From positions 23,233 through 87,232 of the forward strand of contig JBAXIL010000002.1 in the NCBI GenBank assembly GCA_037138355.1: a stretch of DNA of 64,000 bases, given 5' to 3'. This DNA comes from a bacterium (GTDB taxonomy: Bacteria > Oederibacteriota > PGYV01 > Palsa-1178). The translations under genes were made by a program, and so were the position numbers. Below the pieces are notes generated by a model. The model had not been told where the DNA came from and ran no database searches. It saw only the letters and a program-made list of their open reading frames with translations. The stretch's first letter is position 1, and the number at the start of each line of letters is the position of its first letter. Shown here in pieces: positions 19,274 through 29,290 of the stretch.

Positions 19274-21232
19274 CTATATCCTATCTACTCTTTTTAAATC
19301 TCCTTCAATTCTGTTATTGTCACTATTTTTAGATTCATGAAATCTATACACATCATGCATAAGTATAGTGTCGCCTTCCATGCCAGTTATCTCTGTTATA
19401 TGTGTTATTTTTCTGCTTCCATCTTTTAACCTTGCTTGCTGAACTATCACATTTATTGCACTTTTTACCTGTTCTCTTATGGCTCTTACAGGAAGCTCTA
19501 CTCCTGACATTAGTACCATAACTTCTATTCTCGACACTGCATCTCGCGGAGTATTAGAATGAATTGTTGTCATAGACCCATCGTGCCCAGTGTTCATAGC
19601 CTGCAACATATCAAGTGTTTCCTCACCACGACATTCGCCTACAACTATTCTATCAGGTCTCATACGCAAACAATTTTTAACCAAATCCCTTATAGTTACT
19701 TCCCCCCTGCCTTCTATATTTGGAGGTCTTGCTTCAAGTCGAATTACATGTTCCTGCAATAATCGAAGCTCTGCAGAATCCTCAACCGTAATTATACGCT
19801 CATCCTTCGGAATAAAAGAAGATAATACATTCAAAAGAGTTGTCTTTCCAGAACCAGTTCCACCAGATATTAAAATGTTCTTCCTTTTTAATACCGCCTC
19901 TCTTAGATATTCAACTGCTTCCTGACTGATACTGCCATAATTTACAAGATCCTCTGCTGTTAATTTTTTTTCAGAAAACTTTCTGATAGTCAGTATAGGT
20001 CCATCTAACGAAAGAGGTGGAATAATAGCATTAACTCTCGAACCATCTGACAGTCTGGCATCCACATAAGGCATGGACTCATCTATCCTACGCCCTAAAG
20101 GTAATACTATTCTTTCTATAGTGCGCATTACATTTTCATCATCTGTAAATCTTTTTTCAGAAACAAATAACTTTCCAGCTTTTTCAATATATATTTCATT
20201 GTGCCCATTTACCATTATCTCGCTTATGCTTGGATCTTTTAGTAATTCTTCTATGGCACCCAAACCTGTTACTTCATCAAATATTTCCGTCACAAATATT
20301 TCCCTCGTATTTCTGTCAATCATTGATGGATTGAGTCTATCAAGTATCTCTCTTATTTTATTTTTAATTTCACAAAATATTTTTATTTTTTTGTCTGGGT
20401 GAGTAAGTGCATCCTTTTCAAGATTTTTTATGTTTATCTCATCAAATAATAATTTATTTATTGTTTTTTTCAATCCCGCTTCCACTTCGTATTTCACAGT
20501 AAGTATATTATCTTTTGATTGTATTTTGCTTTGTTTTGGACTTATTGTTTGTAATTCCATAATATACAAGTGTTGTTTCGATGCCCCTTCAAGAAGAATA
20601 GCAGCAGTATTCTTGACTACTTTAGTGAATGCATCTTTTCTGTTTTTCAAACAATAAATCTCTCCATTATTGGCTGTTTCTTCAACTGCCTTGCAATAAG
20701 GAATTACCTCTATAACTTTGATATTATTAAACCCCTGTTGTAAATCGGCAACCGACAACAGCGTATTATTGGCTTTATTAATAAGGACATTAACGACAGC
20801 GGCAGGATAACGCATTTCGAGAAGTGTCATAGCAGTATGACTTGCATATTTCATATCATAAGGATTTAATGCAGCAGGTATTAATATGGTATCAGACATA
20901 TCAAGCAAAGTTTGAGCTGGAAAGCCTTCAGTATCAATAAGAAGCACATCAAGAAAGCTATAAAAATGCTCTATTGTGTTTTTCCACCCCGTATCCCAAA
21001 ATAGATAAAATTTTTCCTTATCAAGCTTATAATTTGTGATATCTACAAAAGATTTGATAGCGTGATCATTTTTAGGATTTAAAATTATTTTTGTATCATA
21101 AATATGTTCCGCTATTTCAAGAACACCTACTTTAAGTCCGTATTCGTGTGCCATTACAGAAGCAAGATTCAGAGCAATAGTAGTTTTACCTGCTCCATTT
21201 TTTTTATTTAGCAAGGTAATAATTTTTTTCAT
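19274..21232 (-). CDS. cpaF: Tad pilus ATPase CpaF/TadA with N-terminal ParA/MinD (CpaE/TadZ-like) domain
   Basis: N-term KNGAGKTTIALNLA; C-term EIMVNG, DARLSDGSRVNA, GGTGSGKTT, LRMRPDRIVVGECRG, MNTGHDG. Confidence 0.88.
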   Translation of the reverse strand: MKKIITLLNKKNGAGKTTIALNLASVMAHEYGLKVGVLEIAEHIYDTKIILNPKNDHAIKSFVDITNYKLDKEKFYLFWDTGWKNTIEHFYSFLDVLLIDTEGFPAQTLLDMSDTILIPAALNPYDMKYASHTAMTLLEMRYPAAVVNVLINKANNTLLSVADLQQGFNNIKVIEVIPYCKAVEETANNGEIYCLKNRKDAFTKVVKNTAAILLEGASKQHLYIMELQTISPKQSKIQSKDNILTVKYEVEAGLKKTINKLLFDEINIKNLEKDALTHPDKKIKIFCEIKNKIREILDRLNPSMIDRNTREIFVTEIFDEVTGLGAIEELLKDPSISEIMVNGHNEIYIEKAGKLFVSEKRFTDDENVMRTIERIVLPLGRRIDESMPYVDARLSDGSRVNAIIPPLSLDGPILTIRKFSEKKLTAEDLVNYGSISQEAVEYLREAVLKRKNILISGGTGSGKTTLLNVLSSFIPKDERIITVEDSAELRLLQEHVIRLEARPPNIEGRGEVTIRDLVKNCLRMRPDRIVVGECRGEETLDMLQAMNTGHDGSMTTIHSNTPRDAVSRIEVMVLMSGVELPVRAIREQVKSAINVIVQQARLKDGSRKITHITEITGMEGDTILMHDVYRFHESKNSDNNRIEGDLKRVDRI

Positions 21233-22224
21233 TCCTCAAAATCCTGACCAACTATCTTTGGAGTAACAAATATGACGAGCTCTGTTTTTATTTCCGTGTT
21301 TGAATTGGATTTGAATAGTTCGCCCAACAGAGGTATGCCTGACAATACCGGCACGCCAGATGAAACCTTTACCTCTTGGTTCTCAATTAAACCAGCTATT
21401 ACGACAGTATTATCTGAATCAACATTAATACTTGTTTCAGCCCATCTTGTTTTTATGGCAGGAAATATATTTGTCCCCAAAGTGACTGCATTGGCATAAT
21501 CAAGATTGCTAACTTCCGCTCTAATCTGCGCTTCTATACTATTTTGCTTAGTGATTTTAGGTTCAACCTCAAGACTGACACCATATTTTTTCCAAGAAAC
21601 ACTTGCCTGTCCGACTGTAGAAACAGTAACTATAGGTACTTCCCCACCTGATAAAAAACTTGCCTTTCTTCCATTAGCTGCAAGTAATTTTGGTTTAGCA
21701 AGTATCTTGGCATAATTATTTTTTACAAGAAAATCGACTAACAAATTTAGCTTGCCTCTATTAAAGTCAGTTCCAAACAATTTAATAAGAGGTGGATTTT
21801 GTTCTATTGCATTTAATGACGATACAGGCAGACCACTTTCCGGAATTGGACCTGACAACAAAGCAGGCCAGTTAACTCCGAACTCCGCTCCATTAACATT
21901 AGCAATTTCAAGTATTTGCACATTAATTTCGATCATGGAATCAGAGACATTTGAATTTTTAACATTAACTATTAATGTTTTCTGTCCATCCGAAGTGGTT
22001 ATATTTATTACTGAAGTACCTGTTTTTTTTGCTTCGAGGATGATTTCTTCATCTGATAGGATTGTGGCCATAGCTACTGAATTATTGACAACTTCTATTG
22101 ACTTTGGTTTATCAATCTTTATTACTCTTGATGTGCCTTCCTTAATAGTAATCTCACGAGAAATAGCAAAAATAGACTGTAATAATAAAAATGAAAATAA
22201 AAATAAATAAATTGATTTTTTCAC
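21229..22224 (-). CDS. Secretin (CpaC/RcpA-like), short form
   Basis: Signal peptide; ILAKPKLL, FLSGGEVP, YGVSLEVEP, GVPVLSGIPLLGELF, ELVIFVTP. Confidence 0.85.
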   Translation of the reverse strand: MKKSIYLFLFSFLLLQSIFAISREITIKEGTSRVIKIDKPKSIEVVNNSVAMATILSDEEIILEAKKTGTSVINITTSDGQKTLIVNVKNSNVSDSMIEINVQILEIANVNGAEFGVNWPALLSGPIPESGLPVSSLNAIEQNPPLIKLFGTDFNRGKLNLLVDFLVKNNYAKILAKPKLLAANGRKASFLSGGEVPIVTVSTVGQASVSWKKYGVSLEVEPKITKQNSIEAQIRAEVSNLDYANAVTLGTNIFPAIKTRWAETSINVDSDNTVVIAGLIENQEVKVSSGVPVLSGIPLLGELFKSNSNTEIKTELVIFVTPKIVGQDFEE

Positions 22225-22268
22225 GCTCTGCCCCTCTATATTTTATTTTAATGCCCCTATGGTTCGAG

Positions 22269-22297
22269 ATTATATATTATACCTTCCTTACCGTCAA
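22269..22297 (-). promoter_or_regulatory. Putative sigma70 promoter of secretin-cpaF unit
   Basis: TTGACG-17 bp-TATAAT. Confidence 0.6.
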
Positions 22298-22308
22298 CCA
22301 AATAATTG

Positions 22309-22337
22309 TTGCCATCAGTAGACTTGTGCGATATATT
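22309..22337 (+). promoter_or_regulatory. Putative sigma70 promoter (leaderless) of 5-FTHF cyclo-ligase gene
   Basis: TTGCCA-17 bp-TATATT, 7 nt before ATG 22345. Confidence 0.5.
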
Positions 22338-22344
22338 TATTGAT

Positions 22345-22920
22345 ATGGACAAAACTATTTTACGAAAAAAGTATCGATTACTTAGGGATAAGTTGTCATC
22401 TCGACAAATACTTCAGAAAAGTGACGAAATCGCCGCTTGCTTTATTGATGTTTTTTATCCCTTAATAAAAAAACCTAAAGCTGTAATGATTTATATTTCA
22501 ACGCAAAGCGAAGTTAGTACATCTGAAATAATTCAATATCTATTACAAAAAAGGATCAAAGTATATGTTCCTTGCATAGATAACGGTATAATAATTCCCG
22601 TTTTATACACAAAAAGTTGTAGTCTTGTTAAAGGTGCTTTTAACATAGAAGAGCCAAAAAAAAAGACAAAGCTTCCAAGAACAACAAACTTAGATTTAAT
22701 CATAGCGCCTGGCATTGCTTTTGACAACAAGGGCAATCGCATTGGTTTTGGCAAAGGTTTTTTCGACAAATTTCTTGCAACGCTCGATACCACATCAATA
22801 AAACTTGCACTGGCTTTTGAAACTCAGCTGGTTAAAAAAATAAGTTCCGCAAAGCATGACATGAAAATGGATTATATTATTACTGAAAAAAGATTAATTT
22901 CTTGTGGTGTCTTTAAATGA
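22345..22920 (+). CDS. 5-formyltetrahydrofolate cyclo-ligase
   Basis: K..LRK, EVST, FNIEEP, APGIAFD..GNRIGFGKGFFD, HDMKMD.IITE; ATG at 22345 preferred over TTG 22306. Confidence 0.92.
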   Translation: MDKTILRKKYRLLRDKLSSRQILQKSDEIAACFIDVFYPLIKKPKAVMIYISTQSEVSTSEIIQYLLQKRIKVYVPCIDNGIIIPVLYTKSCSLVKGAFNIEEPKKKTKLPRTTNLDLIIAPGIAFDNKGNRIGFGKGFFDKFLATLDTTSIKLALAFETQLVKKISSAKHDMKMDYIITEKRLISCGVFK

Positions 22921-23471
22921 AACTATTAAGTTCAAAAACAATATATAAGGGCCTTATTTTCAGGTTGGACAAAGATGTCATAATAATCAATAATCGCAAA
23001 ATCACGAGGGAGATAATACATCATCCTGGTTCAGCATTAATGTTGCCATTATTAGATATTAACAATCAAACAATCATATTAATTGAGCAATATCGTTATG
23101 CCACTGGTGGCAACTTACTTGAGTTTCCTGCTGGAACCATAGATAAACCAGAGTCAGCAAAAAAATGCGCTGCAAGAGAATTAATCGAAGAAACTGGCTA
23201 TAAAGCAAAGAGCCTAAAGGAAATAACCAAATTTTTTCTTGCACCTGGAACAATGACCGAAGTCATGCACATGTTTTTATGCACTAAGCTTATCAAGAAA
23301 TCACAAAATCTAATGCCAGATGAAATAATAAAACCACACATAACCTCTCTAAATAAAGCAATAAGTATGGTATTTAATGGCAAAATCAGTGATGCAAAAA
23401 CCATTGCAGGCCTTATGGTATTAAATGAGATTTTCAAAGACAAGAAACTGAAAAACAAGTTTTTAATATAA
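22917..23471 (+). CDS. NUDIX hydrolase (ADP-ribose pyrophosphatase-like)
   Basis: REIIHHPG, QYRY, EFPAG, ARELIEETG, DAKT. Confidence 0.9.
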   Translation: MKLLSSKTIYKGLIFRLDKDVIIINNRKITREIIHHPGSALMLPLLDINNQTIILIEQYRYATGGNLLEFPAGTIDKPESAKKCAARELIEETGYKAKSLKEITKFFLAPGTMTEVMHMFLCTKLIKKSQNLMPDEIIKPHITSLNKAISMVFNGKISDAKTIAGLMVLNEIFKDKKLKNKFLI

Positions 23472-23475
23472 AAAC

Positions 23476-24213
23476 CTACAGAAAGAACACCTTGTTTTTC
23501 GTCTTTAGTGTTTTTCCCTGCTCATCTATAATACTAATTGTTCCATCTTTATTAACTTTATTTATTGTTCCTGCTATACGCCTATTATTAATAACAATAT
23601 TTACTCTTTTTCCATTAAGATTTATTTGTTTATTTACCCACTTACTAATAAGCTGATTTTTCAGTTTTTTCATTCCAAATAAATAAGAATCAATTTTCTT
23701 TATAAGATTAATAAAAAAAGTTTCTTCATTAATTATTTTGCCTAACTGCTTACGAAGTGATGTGACAGGAAGGTATAAACCCTGTGGCAATTTATTATTT
23801 ATATTAATTCCTATACCTGTTACTATTCTTCCGTTAAAAAAGTCATTTTCTATCAATATTCCACTTATTTTTAGTGAATTCACTAATATATCATTTGGCC
23901 ATTTTATCAAGGGCTTCAAATCGTATTTGGCGATTGTTTCTGCTAATGCCATAGAGGACAATATAACAAACATATAAGGGTTTATTATTTTTTTATTTAC
24001 AACAAAAGAGAACCACAGTCCGCCTTTACCAGATACCCATTTGGCCCCCTGCCTGCCACGCCCAGCAGTTTGAACTTTAGCTGCAACTATCGTACCAGAT
24101 GCAAAATCATTTTCCAGAAGATATTTATTTGTAGAATCTATTGTCTTAAAATATATTATCTTATTTAATATACGGTTTTTTTTGATAGCGGTGGCTATAC
24201 TTTCAATCTTCAT
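23476..24213 (-). CDS. birA: Biotin--[acetyl-CoA-carboxylase] ligase without N-terminal HTH
   Basis: DSTN, QTAGRGRQG..W, IKWPND, KISGILIE, GIGININ. Confidence 0.92.
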   Translation of the reverse strand: MKIESIATAIKKNRILNKIIYFKTIDSTNKYLLENDFASGTIVAAKVQTAGRGRQGAKWVSGKGGLWFSFVVNKKIINPYMFVILSSMALAETIAKYDLKPLIKWPNDILVNSLKISGILIENDFFNGRIVTGIGININNKLPQGLYLPVTSLRKQLGKIINEETFFINLIKKIDSYLFGMKKLKNQLISKWVNKQINLNGKRVNIVINNRRIAGTINKVNKDGTISIIDEQGKTLKTKNKVFFL

Positions 24214-25064
24214 TTGTGAAGTGTTAAGCTAATGTCTAATGCCTGAGCTGAGTGCGTTATTGCACCCAATGAGATATAATCAGGTTTTCTTTTGGCTATT
24301 TCTTCAATTGTATCTATATTCACACCGCCGGATATCTCAACTTTGGCATCGCACTTAGTCTCTTTTAATCTCAAGAATGCTTTATCTATCATGTCAAGAC
24401 TCATATTATCCAGCATTATTACATCTGGACTTGCTTTAATAGCTTTTTCAAGGAATTCAAGACTATGAACTTCTACTTCTATTTTCATTCCTTTAGGAAT
24501 AAATCTTCTGCATTCCATGACTGCTTTTTCAATATTGATAAAATCTATATGATTATCTTTTATCAAGACCATATCATATAGACCCATTCTATGATTTGAT
24601 GCGCCCCCTGTTTTCACTGCATACTTTTCAAGGATTCTAAGCATTGGAGTAGTTTTTCTTGTATCAAGTATGGTAACACCGTAAGGAGTAACTTTTGACT
24701 GAAAGCTATTTGCCGAGGTAGCTATTCCTGATAATCTCTGCAAAAGGTTTAAAGCCAAACGCTCCCCCATTAAAATAGCTCTTGCAGGACCAGTTATTAA
24801 TGCAATAATATCACCATTTTTTACTTTAGCTCCATCTTTCTTTTTAAATGATATTTGAACACTTTTATCTATCTTCGCAAATACTTTTTTAATTAAAGGT
24901 AATCCACATATAACACCTTCTGCTTTTGCCTTAAAAGCACCTTTTAATATAGCCGCTGGCGGTATGATTATATCAGTAGTAACATCACCTGCTCCGATGT
25001 CTTCTTTGAGAGACATATCAATAAGCTGGTCTATATACTTTTCATTCTTTTTTAAAAGATCCAT
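24210..25064 (-). CDS. nadC: Nicotinate-nucleotide pyrophosphorylase (carboxylating)
   Basis: EDIG.GDVTT, ERLALN, DTRKTTP, HRMGLYD..LIKDNH, LDNM, SGG. Confidence 0.96.
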   Translation of the reverse strand: MDLLKKNEKYIDQLIDMSLKEDIGAGDVTTDIIIPPAAILKGAFKAKAEGVICGLPLIKKVFAKIDKSVQISFKKKDGAKVKNGDIIALITGPARAILMGERLALNLLQRLSGIATSANSFQSKVTPYGVTILDTRKTTPMLRILEKYAVKTGGASNHRMGLYDMVLIKDNHIDFINIEKAVMECRRFIPKGMKIEVEVHSLEFLEKAIKASPDVIMLDNMSLDMIDKAFLRLKETKCDAKVEISGGVNIDTIEEIAKRKPDYISLGAITHSAQALDISLTLHK

Positions 25065-25074
25065 ATCATCTCCG

Positions 25075-27729
25075 TTATTTTTTTAAATCGTTTATTAAAT
25101 CCATAAGTACTTTAATATCCGCTTCATAACCTTCAAGTTTAGCCTTTTCTTCATCCAAAGTTTTCTTCATAGCATTATTTACAAAATTCGGATTATTAAG
25201 TTTATTTTTTACGCCAATTATTCCTTTTTCTATGTCAGCCACTTTCTTTTCTTTATTTGTTATTACCTTTTGTTTGTCTTTAATAGCAGTTGTATTTATT
25301 CCAGCCTTACCTATTACTCTATTACCAACTACTGTAACTGGTCGTACTACCCTATTTGCACCAATTTCAGTTGTAAACTCTGTAACTTTAGCCAACATTT
25401 TAATTATATCAGCAAACTTAAGCGTCAAATCTGCCCTTTTATCTTCCATGACAACATACGCTTCAACCTTATCAGCTGGTGATATTTCAAGATCTCCACG
25501 CAACTGCCTTATTCTGTAAATCAAGCTCATCATATCATCCATTTCATTTAATTCATCCGCTGGGAAGTTGAAGCTTTTATTATATTCAGGCCAAGTTTCA
25601 AGCATTATAGATTCTTTTTTATTACTCATTGGTAAGTTCATATATATTTCTTCAGTCACAAAAGGTACTACTGGATGAAGCATTACTAAACAATCTCTTA
25701 AAACTTTCAGTAAGACATTTTTTACTATATTTTTGTATTCTGAATCTTCCTTTAGAAGTTCTATTTTAGACATTTCTATATACCAATCGCAAAAGTCATG
25801 CCAAAAAAAGTCATATATAAGTGCTGCCGTTTCAGAGAACTTATACTTATCTAAATTTTCACTTAATTTTTTTGAAAGCGAATTTACGCCTGAAAGTATC
25901 CACTTTTCAGGTAATTTCATAGATGCCGTATATTTTGCAAGATCAACCTCTTTTATACCGCTCAAATTTGAAATAGTATATTTTGAGGCATTAAATATTT
26001 TATTCATAAAGCCAGCATATCCTTTTGTTCTCTCTTCTGTAAAAGCAATATATCTTGACTGCGTTTCTAAAGACACCATAGTAAAACGCAGAGCATCTGC
26101 AGAATATGTTTTGATAATATCAAGTGGATCAATTACATTTCCTTTTGACTTGCTCATTTTTTTGCCTTCAGAATCTCCAACGAGCGAGTTAATTGCCACT
26201 TCATAAAACGGCGGTTTCCCCATGAACTTGAGTCCCAACATTATCATTCTTGCTACCCAAAAGAAAAGAATATCCCAACCAGTAACTAAAACTGATGTAG
26301 GATAAAAGACTGCAAGATCTTGAGTTTTTTCCGGCCAACCAAGAGTTGAGAATGGCCATAAACCCGAAGAAAACCAAGTATCTAAGACATCTTTATCTTG
26401 TTTGATATTAAGACTCGAACATTTTTCACATTTTTGTGGGGTGGTCTTTGAAACTGTAATGTGCTTACAGTCATCACAATACCAAGCAGGTATCCTGTGG
26501 CCCCACCACAATTGGCGAGAAATACACCAGTCTTTTATATTATTCATCCATTCAAAATATACTTTTTTCCAGTGATCCGGCGTAAATACTACTGTACCAT
26601 CTTCAACTGCTCTTATTGCTGGTTCTGCAAGTGGCTTGATTCTAACGAACCATTGAGCTGATATATATGGCTCCACGATAGTTTCACATCTGTAACAATG
26701 ACCTACTGCATGTTTGTGATCTTCAATTTTAACCAAGTAACCCTGTTCTTTTAATGTTTCAACTATTTGTTTTCTTGCTTCAAACCTATCTAAGCCACTA
26801 TACTTACCATTTTCTCCAGCTTTTTCATTCATTTTTCCGTTCTCGTGCATTACATTTATTATTGGAAGCTTATGTCTTACGCCCACCTCAAAGTCATTTG
26901 GGTCGTGAGCAGGAGTTATCTTAACTGCCCCTGTTCCAAACTCTTTGTCCACATAAGTATCTTTTATGATAGGTATCTGTCTTCCAGTTTCTGGAAGAAT
27001 TAACATAGTACCTTCTTTAATATGTTTATAACGCTCATCAGTAGGATTGACCGCAACCGCCGTGTCCCCAAGCATGGTTTCAGGTCTTGTCGTGGCCACT
27101 TCTATAAAACCTGAACCATCAGCATAAGGATACTTTATATGATAAAAATGTCCCGCTATGTCCTTGTGTGTGACTTCAATATCAGAAATTGCAGTTAAAC
27201 ATCTCGGACACCAGTTGACAATATAGTCGCCTCTGTATATGAGTCCCTCATTATAAAGCCGCACAAAAACTTCTTTGACTGCTTCCGAAAGACCCGCATC
27301 CATAGTGAAGCGTTCCCTGCTCCAATCGCAAGACGAACCCAATTTTCTAAGCTGTCTCATAATAGTTGTTCCGTATTTTTCTTTCCACTCCCAAATCCGT
27401 TTCAAGAACTCTTCGCGACCTAAATCCGCTTTTTTCTTTCCTTCTTTTTTGAGCTCTCTTTCCACAACATTTTGGGTTGCAATTCCAGCATGATCACAAC
27501 CTGGTAACCAGAGCACATTGAAACCTTTTGCTCTTTTATAACGAGCTATGACATCCTGAAGAGTGTTGTTTAAAGCATGTCCCATATGTAAAGAACCTGT
27601 TACATTAGGTGGGGGTATAACTATTGAAAATGGAGGTTTAGAGGATGTATTATCTGCTTTAAAATATCCCTTTTCGCTCCAATATGTGTACCACTTATCT
27701 TCTATTTCAGAAGGTATATATTTATCCAA
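25075..27729 (-). CDS. valS: Valine--tRNA ligase
   Basis: PPPNVTGSLHMGH, DHAGIATQ, DWCISRQLWWGH, KMSKS; TTG start with GGAGG RBS. Confidence 0.98.
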   Translation of the reverse strand: MDKYIPSEIEDKWYTYWSEKGYFKADNTSSKPPFSIVIPPPNVTGSLHMGHALNNTLQDVIARYKRAKGFNVLWLPGCDHAGIATQNVVERELKKEGKKKADLGREEFLKRIWEWKEKYGTTIMRQLRKLGSSCDWSRERFTMDAGLSEAVKEVFVRLYNEGLIYRGDYIVNWCPRCLTAISDIEVTHKDIAGHFYHIKYPYADGSGFIEVATTRPETMLGDTAVAVNPTDERYKHIKEGTMLILPETGRQIPIIKDTYVDKEFGTGAVKITPAHDPNDFEVGVRHKLPIINVMHENGKMNEKAGENGKYSGLDRFEARKQIVETLKEQGYLVKIEDHKHAVGHCYRCETIVEPYISAQWFVRIKPLAEPAIRAVEDGTVVFTPDHWKKVYFEWMNNIKDWCISRQLWWGHRIPAWYCDDCKHITVSKTTPQKCEKCSSLNIKQDKDVLDTWFSSGLWPFSTLGWPEKTQDLAVFYPTSVLVTGWDILFFWVARMIMLGLKFMGKPPFYEVAINSLVGDSEGKKMSKSKGNVIDPLDIIKTYSADALRFTMVSLETQSRYIAFTEERTKGYAGFMNKIFNASKYTISNLSGIKEVDLAKYTASMKLPEKWILSGVNSLSKKLSENLDKYKFSETAALIYDFFWHDFCDWYIEMSKIELLKEDSEYKNIVKNVLLKVLRDCLVMLHPVVPFVTEEIYMNLPMSNKKESIMLETWPEYNKSFNFPADELNEMDDMMSLIYRIRQLRGDLEISPADKVEAYVVMEDKRADLTLKFADIIKMLAKVTEFTTEIGANRVVRPVTVVGNRVIGKAGINTTAIKDKQKVITNKEKKVADIEKGIIGVKNKLNNPNFVNNAMKKTLDEEKAKLEGYEADIKVLMDLINDLKK

Positions 27730-27762
27730 AATTAATCCTCCATAAATAATAAAATTCTATAC

Positions 27763-27791
27763 AATTTATCACTATTAACCTTCTTTGTCAA
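27763..27791 (-). promoter_or_regulatory. Putative sigma70 promoter of valS-nadC-birA
   Basis: TTGACA-17 bp-TAAATT with extended TG. Confidence 0.55.
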
Positions 27792-27884
27792 AAATTACTT
27801 TAGCAAAAACATCAAAACAAGCTAACCACTTGGAAGTTTTAAACAGATATAACAAGTGACTTTTTGCTTTTAATTCGATTTATT

Positions 27885-28517
27885 TTATTTATAATTAGAC
27901 AAGTCCATATCTGCGGTCATTATAGATTTAATACTAATATGTCCAGCAAGCGATTCTTTTTCCATACCATTTATCACAAACTTAACACCATTAACCCAAG
28001 GGAAATTATATGAAACTGTATTAATAATAGTATATATAGCCTCGTATTCTCCAGTCGTTCCACCTTTGCAATTTGCTGAATATTCAGCAGACATATCAAG
28101 ATAAAGAATACTATTGGCATCAAGATAAGCATCTTTTAGGGTCGTTCCTTGAGGCAATAGATTTACAGTGTCGTTATTTTTTGGCCCGTCTGTCAAAAGT
28201 ATTAAAAGCTGTTTGATTCTGTTAATCTGGAGTACAGAATTGAATATAATTGCTGGAACTGTTTTAAAACCTTCAGTCTTTGGATTTCCAAAAAATAATA
28301 ATACAGTTTGTTTAGCATCGCCCTGAGAATATAGCTGATAACTTGCCACAAGACTCTGGGTTGTTTTCTTTCCGAAATTACTAACAATAACAAACAAAAC
28401 AATCAAACATAAAACGATTATACCTAAAGCCACTAATTGCCCCGGCTTAAACAAAGTCAGTATTTTTTTTAATATATTATTTTCCACTGGCGGTTGTATA
28501 GGAGTATTTTCGCTCAT
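27885..28517 (-). CDS. GerMN domain membrane protein
   Basis: N-terminal TM; LTDGP...LPQGT, GGTTGE..AIY.IINT, VKFVING...SLAGH; ATGA overlap with amidase stop. Confidence 0.82.
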   Translation of the reverse strand: MSENTPIQPPVENNILKKILTLFKPGQLVALGIIVLCLIVLFVIVSNFGKKTTQSLVASYQLYSQGDAKQTVLLFFGNPKTEGFKTVPAIIFNSVLQINRIKQLLILLTDGPKNNDTVNLLPQGTTLKDAYLDANSILYLDMSAEYSANCKGGTTGEYEAIYTIINTVSYNFPWVNGVKFVINGMEKESLAGHISIKSIMTADMDLSNYK

Positions 28518-29290
28518 TTTATATCCTTGAGAAAATAGCATACCGCTTCTTTAATATGGTAAGCCATAGTATTTATTGACTTGTCATCTTTCAGATAGGA
28601 GTCATCACTTGCATTATTTATATTTCCAAGTTCTATTACCACTGCAGGCATATCTACACCCTCTAAAGAAATCAGTGCTGCACTCTTTTCTTTTCTGTAT
28701 TTACTTAAAACAAGACTGTCTCTTACCGTATTGCCTGTTTCACCTGTCTCTTGAATTAACTGAGCCTGCATATACTGCCCTATATCTGTCGCCAGTCGTA
28801 TGCTTTCATTTATGTGATAAAGCTGAACTTTAGTCCAATCAATTATATCAGTCTTATCTTTATTTGAAGCCACATCAGTCCCAACACTGTAATACACTTC
28901 ATAGCCCTCGGTGTTTGGATTGGCCGAATAATCACTGTGTATAGAAATATACAACTGCCCTTTTTTATTATTAGCAAATCCTGCACGATCTACTGGAGTA
29001 CTAAATGAATCATTTTCCCTCGTAAGAAAAACAGTAATTCCTGAACCTTGTGTTTCAAGTTTGTCTTTCAATATTTTAGCAACTTTAAGATTAATATCTT
29101 TTTCCAAAAGACCATGACTATTTACTCCTAAGTCATTGCCTCCATGTGCTGGATCGATTACTACGACATGAGTTATATTTTGGGTAATATCAACAACTGG
29201 AGGTACCGTACTTTGTTCTCCATATACCCAAAATGACAAAACTAATAATAGAGCTATAAACAGGGGGGACTTAAACATTATTTGATTCAT
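28514..29290 (-). CDS. N-acetylmuramoyl-L-alanine amidase (Amidase_3)
   Basis: VIDPAHGG.D.G, EKDINL, LTRE.D, R..FAN, ISIH, PAVVIELG.INN; probable start ~29290. Confidence 0.88.
   Translation of the reverse strand: MNQIMFKSPLFIALLLVLSFWVYGEQSTVPPVVDITQNITHVVVIDPAHGGNDLGVNSHGLLEKDINLKVAKILKDKLETQGSGITVFLTRENDSFSTPVDRAGFANNKKGQLYISIHSDYSANPNTEGYEVYYSVGTDVASNKDKTDIIDWTKVQLYHINESIRLATDIGQYMQAQLIQETGETGNTVRDSLVLSKYRKEKSAALISLEGVDMPAVVIELGNINNASDDSYLKDDKSINTMAYHIKEAVCYFLKDIK

Noticed and set aside
27730..27884. Possible T-box leader upstream of valS
   Set aside because: No GGTGG.ACC T-box motif, and the predicted promoter is only ~35 nt from the start codon
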